Assembly (NCBI GenBank): GCA_951406725.2
Contig: OX597822.1
Location: 103,602,001 to 103,666,000, forward strand
Direction: 5' to 3'
Origin: Octopus vulgaris
Lineage: Eukaryota
Length of the DNA stretch: 64,000 bases
Position 1 is the stretch's first letter. Each line of letters opens with the position of its first letter. The translations under genes and the position numbers were made by a program. The notes under the pieces are model-generated. The model saw only the letters and a program-made list of their open reading frames with translations, had not been told where the DNA came from and did no database searches. Shown one piece after another: positions 53,188 through 64,000 of this stretch.

Positions 53188-53617
53188 AGGCGTAAGAGTG
53201 GCCGTGTGGTAAGTAGCTTGCTTACGAACCACATGGTTCCGGATTCAGTCCCACTGTGTGGCACCTTGGGCAAGTGTCTTCTATTACAGCCTCGGGCCGA
53301 CCAAAGCCTTGTGAATGGTTCTGGTAGACGGAAATTGAAAGAAACTGTCGTGTATGTATGTATGTATATATTTATATATATATGTATATATGTATGTGTG
53401 TGTGTATGTTTATGTGTCTGTGTTTGTCCCCCAACATCTCTTGACAACCGATGCTGGTGTGTTTACGTCCCCGTAACTTAGCGGTTCGGCTAAAGACCGA
53501 TAGAATAAGTACTAGGCTTACTAAGAATAAGTCCTGGGGTCGATTTGCTCGACTAATGGCGTGTGCTCCAGTATAGCCATAGGCAAATGACTAAAACAAG
53601 TAAAAGAGTAAAAGAGT
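53188..53617 (+). mobile_element. SINE family A, full length
   Basis: Matches the family A consensus. Confidence 0.88.
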
Positions 53618-54028
53618 ATTTAAAAAAAAATTCAAGTGTAAGTGATTTTAAAAATGCGGTAAATATTTCTTAAGAGACCCGTTCTTAACCTCGGTGCGAA
53701 ATACTATTTTTCCGTAGGTTTCTTTTTCGAGTGCATTCAACATATCTCACCTCCAAAGATTTGGTTGCTATTTCTAGCACGCCCTGCTACTACGTAACAG
53801 CTATTTGCGATAAAGGACCCGAAATACCTGTTATGTGGTAGTAGGGCGTGCAAGAAATAGCAGCGAAATCTTTCCTTCTGGGGAAAGGAGCCGTTTACGC
53901 GCGATTTCATAAGCAATTTCGCATAAAGCTTTATTCTCTGGAAGAATATGCAGAGCAAGAATCCTCTTTTCAGCATGGATATTATTCACATAAAAGCTAC
54001 ACGTACTATCACAGTACAGAAAGCCATT

Positions 54029-54448
54029 GGATCTCTTCGGTTTGAACTGCAGTTTTTTTCTAACGGTGTCATATGATATTGTCACCCATAATTATGACCC
54101 TAGTATCGATCTATTGCATTTCAATGTTTTAGGGTTAGGGTTAGGGGTGGGGTGAAGGGCATCTTTTTTTTTCTTCAGAAATATAAATAAACCCAATCTG
54201 TTTCTTAAACGAAGGACATATTTATACGGCACAGAATGTTTTCACCTCAACAGACGTCATTGATTGCTTGAAATTGCAAAAATTGAAGAAAAAAACAACA
54301 ATAAATATCTTACAAACTATAGAATTTTCTCAATAAAACCAAGAGAAAAAGATGTTTTATAAACACATTCTACCAGTATACGAAGTTTAAAAGTGTTTAG
54401 TTACGTGGAGATTATTTTTAAAAACTGCCGGTCAAACCGAAAAGATCC
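54029..54448. mobile_element. MITE with ~28-bp TIRs and an 8-bp TSD (Merlin- or hAT-like)
   Basis: TIR GGATCT(C/T)TTCGGTTTGA.C.GCAGTTTTT; TSD AAGCCATT at 54021-54028 and 54449-54456. Confidence 0.88.
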
Positions 54449-54481
54449 AAGCCATTTTATTTTGTATTTTTTTTTTTTTTT

Positions 54482-54863
54482 TTTACTTGTTTCAGTCATT
54501 TGACTGCGGCCACCTTTAATCGAGCAACTCGACCCCGGGACTTATTCTTTTTGTAAGCCCAGTACTTATTCTATTGGTCTCTTTTGCCAAACCGCTAAGT
54601 AACGGGGACATAAACACACCAGCATCGGTTGTCAAGCAATGCTAGGGGGACAAACACAGACACACAAACACACACACGCATATAAATATACATATATACG
54701 ACGGGCTTCTTTTCAGTTTCCGTCTACCAAATCCACTCACAAGGCTTTGGTCGGCCCGAGGCTATAGTAGAAGACACCTGCCCAAGGTGCCACGCAGTGG
54801 GACTGAACCCGGAACCATGTGGTTGGTAAACAAGCTACTCACCACACAGCCACTCCTGCGCCT
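54482..54863 (-). mobile_element. SINE family A, full length
   Basis: Matches the family A consensus. Confidence 0.88.
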
Positions 54864-55432
54864 ATTTGTTTATCATCCTCTTACAAATTTGAACACTCCA
54901 TTTATTACAAGTGAAGTAGATAATTTGTATCATAAACTGTTTGGAAGACAGCAACTTATCCAACTCTGATTTTATTAGCAATATTCTTTCCTTATATTTA
55001 GTGAATTAAAACATGACATCGCATTAATTTTAACGAGAAATAATTTCGCTCAAATATTTGACATGCTATTGACGTGACAGCATTGTGCACAATTAGTTTT
55101 ATCAGTTCGTTCGAGAACACCCTGTATATCTCAATATCATTAAACATCGTCAGTGAAATAGTTTTCTCCATCGTTTGGAAATTAGAGAATCACTATATTG
55201 ATACCCAAATTAGATGAAGGAATTCACTCAGAGAGAGAGATGACAGTATTAATAGGATCATATTTAATCCTTTCATTTAATCTAATTAATTAATATTTTT
55301 CATATTAATGAACTGAATCCATTAAACCAGATTAAAAATATGGTTGTTAACAACATTTATTGATGTATTTGATTATATTACTAATTGTGAAAAGAACAGT
55401 CTGGAAATGTGTAGATTTGTGTCCCTGTCTTC

Positions 55433-55821
55433 TGGAAGCACTCCGTCAGTTACGACGACGAGGGTTCCAGTTGATCCGAATCAACGGAACAGCCTGCTCG
55501 TGAAATTAACATGTAAGTGGCTGAGCACTCCACAGACACGTGTACCCTTAACGTAGTTCTCGGGGATATTCAGCGTGACACAGAGAGTGACAAGGCCGGC
55601 CCATTGAAATACAGGTACAACAGAAACAGGAAGTAAGAGTGAGAGAAAGTTGTGGTGAAAGAGTACAGCAGGGATCACCACCACCACCACCCTGCCGGAG
55701 CCTCGTGGAGCTTTAGGTATTTTCACTCAATAAACACTCACAACGCCCGGTCTGGGAATCGAAACCGCGATCCTACGACCGCGTGTCCGCTGCCCTAACC
55801 ACTGGGCCATTGCGCCTCCAC
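55433..55821 (-). mobile_element. SINE family B, tail type 2
   Basis: Full copy; TSD TTGTGTCCCTGT at ~55417 and ~55822. Confidence 0.9.
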
Positions 55822-56100
55822 TTGTGTCCCTGTATTAGGTGCTGAGAGAAAGGCTTTACAAACAGCCGTTCAAGGCAGGAATTCAGCCCAGAAAAGTTGG
55901 TTAGACTAATAAACAATCCACAGCAAGAACATGCCGTGGAGGTCGCAGTACCTAAGCTAACATTTGATGCAGATCAGGCAACGTATAAAGAGATCGAATT
56001 GTCTATATTTCCAAAATACAAGAGCCGGCCAGGAACTCGAGGTTCCTCAACCCACAAATAAATCAGTAATAATGATGTTGATGATGATGATGATGATGAC

Positions 56101-56153
<53 letters not shown>

Positions 56154-56407
56154 GGGTGGAGAAAAAGCTGATGAAGATCATGAAGAAGACGACGATGATG
56201 ATAATAATGCTTTCTACTCTAGTTACAAGGCCCAAAATTTTGGGGAGCAGGGCCAATTGATTATACCGATTCCAATGCTCAACTTGTACTTATTTTATCG
56301 GCCCCGAAAGAATGAAAGGCAAAGTCGACCCCGGCGGAAATAATAATGATGATAATAATAATAATAATAATAATATAATAATAATGATGATGATGATGAT
56401 GATGATG

Positions 56408-56447
<40 letters not shown>

Positions 56448-56449
<2 letters not shown>

Positions 56450-56819
56450 CTTTCTAATTGATGTATCAATACCGGCAGATGACAACGCTTCTCTAAAAGT
56501 AATGGAGAAACTCTCAAAATACAAAGACCTGGAAATAGAGGTAACTAGAATGTGGAACCTGAAAACAGAAACAATTCCTATCATAGTAGGTGCATTAGGC
56601 ATGATAAAAAATATTCAGACAAATACATAACAAAAACACCAGGACTTACAAACACATATAACATACAGAAAATTGCACTACTAGGCACTGCACACATCCT
56701 ATGAAGAACACTTTCCATACAATAACCATCAGAGCATCACAACAAATCACAGCACATACCCAAGGCACACAGAGCTGCGCTCGGTAGTGAAGTGAAAGCA
56801 CGCTATAAAAATAAAACTA

Positions 56820-56823
<4 letters not shown>
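56448..56823 (+). pseudogene. R4/Dong-like LINE 3' end (restriction-like endonuclease C-terminus) in (TAA)n
   Basis: CFLIDVSIPADDNASLKVMEKLSKYKDLEIEVTRMWNLKTETIPIIVGALGMIK, then (frameshift) IQKIALLGTAHIL; (TAA)n on both sides. Confidence 0.85.
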
Positions 56824-56891
<68 letters not shown>

Positions 56892-57954
56892 CCTTTATTA
56901 TTATTGGTGAGCTGGCATTAAAGCGGCGAGTTGGCAGACTCGTTAGCACCCTGGACAAAATGCCTAGCGGCATTTCGTCCGTCTTTACGTTCTGAGTTCA
57001 AATTCCGTGAGGTCGACTTTGCCTTTCCTCATTTCAGGGTCGATAAGCTAAGTACCGGTGAAAAACCGGGATCTATGCAATTGAGTAGTCCCCTTCCACA
57101 ATCTTTCAGGTGTTGGACCTTTAGTAGAGAGGATTATTATTATTATTATTAACGAACAGGCATTAAGGCGGCGAGCTCGCAGAATCGTTAAGTACACCGG
57201 GCAAAATGCTTAGCGGCATTTCGCCCGTCTTCACGTTCTGAGTTCCTTTTACTCTTTCGGGTTGATAAAATGAGTAACAGTTGAGCACTGGGGTCGATGT
57301 AATTGACTTACCCCCTTTTTCCGAAAAGCTGACCTTGTGCCAAAATATGAAATCGTTATTATTACGTTCTTTCGGGATCGATAAAATAAGTCCTAGTAAA
57401 ACGCTGGGGGCCGGTAACCGACCAGAACCCATCCCATAAATTTTCATGCCTGAGCCGGGAGTAGAAAGGGATTAAATTAATTATTTTTAAGGCGGCGCCG
57501 AACTGGCAGAATCATTATCCCGATAGCAACATTTCGTCTGTCTTTATGTTCTGAGTTCAAATTCTGCCGAGTTCGACTTTTGTCTTTCATTTCTTTGGGG
57601 GGGGGGGGTGTCTATAAAATAAGTACCAACTGCGCACTGGAGTCAATGCAGATGCCTTCCCCCTCCCCTCAAAATCGATAGCTATGTGTCAAAAATAAGA
57701 AAGAATTATTACTACTTTTGAATAGTGGCCGTCCTACTATAATCAATTGGCTCTGCTCCCCAAAATTTTGGGCCTTGTAACTAGAGTAGAAAGCATTATT
57801 ATCATGACTAGATTAGATTCCATTTGGCGCTAGCTGTGAAGGAAGATCTGACAAAATCTCATACACATCCCGCCATATTGTCTAAAAAGTACACACGGGA
57901 GACGAATGGCGAAGACAGAGAAATTAGGATAGATAGAATCGATTGGCTTTAATC

Positions 57955-58535
57955 ATCGATGTCAACGTCATCGTCAACGTCACTGTCACCATCGCCATCA
58001 CCACCACCACCACCACCAACACCACCAACACCACAAACACTAACACAATTGTCATCATCAGCATCATCAGCAGCAGCAGCAGCATCACCGTCGTCGTTTA
58101 CCGCTTCCACTTCCTCCCATTTTTTTCTCTTCCGCCTCCTTGTCATCATCATCGTCATTGTCCTCCTCCTCCTCCTCCTTCTCGCCCCCTCCTCCTTCTC
58201 ACCCCCTCCTCCTTCTCACCCCCTCCTCCTCCTCCATCTTCTTGTTCTTGTTCTTGTTCTTGTTCTTGTTCTTCTTGTTCTTCTTGTTCTTGTTCTTCAT
58301 ATCTTCTTCTTCTCCTCCTCCTCATCATCATTGTTGTTTTCGTCGTCATCTTTGTCGTCGTCTTCGTCGTCCCCGTCCTCTTCTTTCTCCACCACCACCA
58401 CCACCATCACCACCACCACATCACCACCACCGCCACCGCCGCACCACCACCACCACCACCACCACCACCACCACCACCATGATGATGATGATGATGATCA
58501 TCATCATCATCATCATCATCTTCATCATCCACCAC
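57955..58535. repeat. Mosaic trinucleotide low-complexity tract (CAC/CAT/CCT/CTT/GAT)
   Basis: Directly visible; open in several frames only because it lacks stop codons. Confidence 0.9.
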
Positions 58536-58843
58536 TGTTTCTTGTACTGTTGCGCAGAGTCCCCGAATTTGTAAGGCAAGAGTGGTTCCTATAATGTCCT
58601 CCCCTGACGCTTCCCAGCCTCATCTACTTTGCCGACGTCAGAGAAATTAAAGCAAAGTCAACACTAATTGGCGCCTAATCTGCTTTCATTTCTCCAGACA
58701 GCCCAAAATATGCTTTTATTAGCTTTTATTTGTCTTGCGTGGACCTGTCAACACAGACGCGATTAACCACTAAGTTCGGGTGCGCAACCGATTCTTACAA
58801 TGCAAAGCGGTTCATTAGTCAAGTTGTTACTCGTTTCCAGCAT

Positions 58844-59398
<555 letters not shown>

Positions 59399-59474
59399 TA
59401 TGCGTGTGTAAATGAATGTACATGTATCTATGTACGCATGTATGAATGCATGCATGTATGCTATGCATGAGCAT

Positions 59475-59549
59475 ACACACACACACACACACACAAACAC
59501 ACACAAACACAAACACACACACAAACACACACACACACAAACACACACA

Positions 59550-59619
<70 letters not shown>

Positions 59620-59625
59620 AACACA

Positions 59626-59703
<78 letters not shown>

Positions 59704-59716
59704 GACACACACACAA

Positions 59717-59769
<53 letters not shown>

Positions 59770-59777
59770 AACACACA

Positions 59778-59857
<80 letters not shown>

Positions 59858-59896
59858 AACACACACAAACACACACACACACACAAACACACACAA

Positions 59897-59943
<47 letters not shown>

Positions 59944-59947
59944 CACA
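59475..59947. repeat. (CA)n tract punctuated by CAAA, ~470 bp
   Basis: Directly visible. Confidence 0.97.
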
Positions 59948-59984
59948 TACTGGATACTTCTTTTTTTAACTTTAAAAGTTATTT

Positions 59985-60355
59985 CTGGTAAGAAGTTTGC
60001 TTCTTAAACACACGGTTCCAGGTTCAGTCCCACTGCTTGGCGCCTTGCGCAAGTGTCTTCTACAATAGCCTCGAGCAGACCAAAGCCTTGCGAGTGGATT
60101 TGGTAGACGGAAGCTGAAAGAAGCCCGTCATATATATATATATGTGTGTGTGTGTTGTATGTGTGCGTTTGTTTCTGTGTTCGTCCCTCACCATCGCTTG
60201 ACAACCGGTGTTGGTGTGTTTATGTCCACGTAACTTATCGGTTCGGCAAAAAGAAAATGAATTAGTCGATTCAATTCGCTAGAAATAATTCTTCAAGGCG
60301 GTGCCCGTGCGTAGCTGCAGTCTAATGACTGAAACAAGTAAAAGAATAAGAGAAT
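59985..60355 (+). mobile_element. SINE family A, diverged
   Basis: Body and tail match family A. Confidence 0.75.
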
Positions 60356-60411
60356 AAAGGAATATATATGTATACCACCCCCCCACATATATACATATAT
60401 ATATATATATA

Positions 60412-60723
60412 CGCATATATGGGTACAGGACGTCACCAACAGTAAACAACATGAAAAACGAAAACAAATGACTTCAATACGCAAAGAGAGAAACGAATGG
60501 TAAACAGGAAAAGTATCATGAAGAACGACCCTTCATCAGTTGTCAGATGTCTATCTACCCATAATGCTCGAAATGAGGAGTAGATAGACAACCGACAACT
60601 GATGAAGGGTCGTTCTTTATGATACTTGTCCTGATTTCCATTCGTTTCTCTCGTTTGCGTATTGAACTCATTTGTTTTCGTATTTCATGTTGTTTACTGT
60701 TGGTGATGTCCTGTACCCATATA

Positions 60724-60730
<7 letters not shown>
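60412..60730. repeat. Fold-back insert of PLE-type family 2
   Basis: ~60412-60558 is mirrored by ~60580-60730; flanked by (TA)n. Confidence 0.85.
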
Positions 60731-60795
<65 letters not shown>

Positions 60796-61148
60796 CATAC
60801 ACACACACATACACACACACATATATATATATATATACACATATAAATATATACATACACACACACATATATATGTATGTATGTATGTATGTATATATAT
60901 ATATGCATAGTGTTTGAAGTGATGTGCATGTGTACGAGGCTCCGGTAGGGTGGTGGTGGTGGTCCCTTCCGCACTCTTTCGCCACAACTTTCTCTCACTC
61001 TTTCTTTTGTTGACCTGTTCGCTTAGCCAGCGGGGTGGCGTCATTTGAAGGCTGAAAAACAATGCGAAGCGCATTGTGGCCAGCGATGTGTAGTCGGTCG
61101 TGGTGATCATTGTGGTGGTGGTATATATATATATATATATAATAGAAC

Positions 61149-61195
<47 letters not shown>

Positions 61196-61360
61196 TATGT
61201 ATGTATGTATATCTATATATACATATATACTTATATATATACATATACGTATATATATAAATACGTATATGTTTATATATAAGTATATATGTATATATAG
61301 ATATACATACACACATAAATATACATATATATATATTATATATATATACACAAACACACA

Positions 61361-61440
<80 letters not shown>

Positions 61441-61441
<1 letters not shown>

Positions 61442-61815
61442 TAGCAGTATCGCCCGGCGTTGCTCAGGTTTGTAAGGGAAATAACTATAAAGCATTTTTA
61501 GAGAGTTATAGCCAAAAAATAGCAAAAAAATGATGGTAAATTTTTTTTTGAGATTTAAATAAGGTAGAGTTGCGTCCCCTACATAGTTTGTGGTTCGTAT
61601 TCCTGATTCTCGACCCCATGTCGAATTTATCGATTTTTTTCAGAACTGGGGGAACTTTTCAAAATTTTCGCTGCGTTAGTTTTGAATTATGACATTGGGC
61701 TATGTGTGTGTCAAGTTTCATCAGAATCGGTTGAAAGCCGTGGTCAGGGTGAGGGTACAAGCAAACAGACACACAGAAACACGCACAGACAAACTGCCGT
61801 TTATATAGAGAGAGA
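61441..61815 (-). mobile_element. Non-autonomous Helitron (shared 3' end, different 5' body)
   Basis: Plus strand A|CTAGCAGTATCGCCCGGCGTTGCTC.. through ..TTATATAGAGAGAGA|T. Confidence 0.8.
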
Positions 61816-61964
61816 TATACATATAATTATATATTATTATATACACACACACGTGCGCGCCGCACACACACACATATAATTCTTTAAAAGCGCATATCGA
61901 CATTTATCAAAAATTATGTTTTAAGAAATTTAAAAAAAATGATCATATATGTATGTATAAATAT

Positions 61965-62013
<49 letters not shown>

Positions 62014-62109
62014 TATGTATGTGTGTATGTGTGTACAAGTGTGTGCGTACGTGAGTGGATATGTATGTTTACGAGTTGCACGTGTTTGTTGATATAGCAT
62101 AGACTGAAC

Positions 62110-62143
<34 letters not shown>

Positions 62144-62213
62144 CCATGCTTTTGTTTGCGAGCAAGTTGCCTTTGTATGTCGTACGACGATGTGATAACT
62201 GTAAAAGAGAAAG

Positions 62214-62246
<33 letters not shown>

Positions 62247-62280
62247 AAGAGAGGAACAGAAAGAGAGAGAGAGCGATAAA

Positions 62281-62312
<32 letters not shown>

Positions 62313-62822
62313 CGGGAGAGCCAGCACTTCGATTATATTGAAGCCGCTAACACTACTTCCTTTACGATTGCTACCATAGCGATCGTCGTATGGAAACCTG
62401 GAGTCTCTTCTATTTCACGACGCGACGCTACTTCCTCAGAAGGCAGCAGTGACAACTTTTGATCATGAAATTCTAACGACGGAACACCAGTAATTTCGTA
62501 GGATCAACACCCACCTATATGATAACCTGATCGACTGTACACTCATTATCGAATATCACCAATGACTCGACTATATCGTAATGTGTTATCAACTTCGCAT
62601 CTGTACTAAAAAAAAGTAGGTAAGTTCTGTCCGAAATATATATTATACTGGTTTCTATTTAGTTTCTTTAAATGTTTTCATGTTACGGAGTTGCTTCACG
62701 TTTGAAGCAATTTCGATTGTCTTATAAGTTTAAAACACTTGTGAACTGAACTTTCTTCAAACCACACATAATACAAACTATGTGATCAGTATCTTTATAT
62801 ACTTTCTGGAATGGGAGAGAGG

Positions 62823-62857
<35 letters not shown>

Positions 62858-63266
62858 AAAGGGAGAGGGAGGGAATGAGAGAAACAGTGAGGGAGAGTGG
62901 GTGAGCGGGAGCTAATATATATATATATATAGATATATATATTAATAAATAAAACATATGCATATATATATATACATATATGTACGTACCTACCTCTACA
63001 TGTATATATACACGCATATATGAGAACAGGACACCAAAAAAAAAAAACGTCGAACACAATGAGAAACGAAAACATAGACACAAACCCAAGGAACTGGACA
63101 TTTTTCTTAATCAACAAAAAAATAGAGTACAGGACAAATAACACAAGGGAAAAACCCCTTCTTCAGTCGCCATGGTTTCATCTACTCTATACACATATAT
63201 CTATATCTATATCTATATATATAATTTATATCATATATCATATTATATATTATATTATATTATATA

Positions 63267-63305
<39 letters not shown>

Positions 63306-64000
63306 CATATGCATACATACACACACACACACACAAACATACACACACACACACACTCACACACATATATATATATATGTATATTAATCAAAATAAAAAC
63401 ATGATGCTGAGGATTCAGCGGTACATATGTTTCGGGCCTTTATTAGACGGATTTATAACAATGCATAATGTGTGTCTATGGCCTTCTTCGGCCTGAATTT
63501 CTGTATATATATGTATATATAGTTGAAATTTACAGAAAAACAAAACGCGAAGACAGGTGTGTAAACAACAGGCAGGTTGTAATTAGTTTGTTGCTCGGGA
63601 AGGTGATATAGGCGTTTACCTGAATGTATACGTTAATGCATGAAACTCTGGGACCTTGGGTCGCTTTCTAATTTCTGACGGGAGAATGCAAGAGGAATTT
63701 CAAGTCGTGAACACCCAAACAATGAAAGTATTATATATATATATATTACCTCTTTCAGTTATTAGGGTGCGGACATGCTGGGGGAAAACGCATTGGGAAA
63801 TTTTAGTTGGACGAATCGACCCAAGTAATTAGTTTTCTTTAAAGCTTAGTAGTTATTCTATCCGCTGTTTTGGGGAACCGCTAAGTTTATGGGATGTAAA
63901 CACACCAACGCCGGTTGACAAGCGGTAGAGAGGGGCAAACACAGACACAACAAAAACACGCTCACACACACACAGATACATAAATATATATGTATATATA

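Noticed and set aside
57943-58594. Pro/Ser/His-rich ORFs of 144-211 aa
   Set aside because: Trinucleotide mosaic open in several frames, with no splice or codon evidence.

Overview
AT-rich animal genomic DNA saturated with microsatellites ((TA)n, (CA)n, (TAA)n, (TATG)n, (TATC)n) and transposons. The SINE and microsatellite make-up suggests a cephalopod (Octopus-like) genome; this is inference. No host protein-coding exon can be supported, and nearly all ORFs in the track are translations of simple repeats. The dominant biology is a set of Penelope-like elements (PLEs) and hammerhead ribozymes (HHRs) inserted into (TA)n tracts. (1) An apparently intact minus-strand PLE (~14965-18997) has a coiled-coil ORF1 overlapping an RT/GIY-YIG ORF that lacks an upstream ATG and lies in the -1 frame, across a U_UUU_UUU slippery site; its 3' UTR carries an HHR. 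(2) A near-perfect 5.2-copy tandem array of a non-coding 596-bp unit carries one complete type I HHR per unit, plus an inverted partial copy (36697-40287); it is a candidate retrozyme/circular-RNA replicon. (3) Many fold-back (inverted-repeat) inserts of unrelated sequence carry HHRs with palindromic stem III. Also present: truncated PLE, RTE, CR1-like and R4/Dong-like LINE remnants, three or more tRNA-derived SINE families with swapped modules, non-autonomous Helitrons, mariner-, Chapaev3- and Merlin-like DNA transposon derivatives, and local duplications that preserve empty insertion sites. Boundaries were read by eye and are approximate unless stated.
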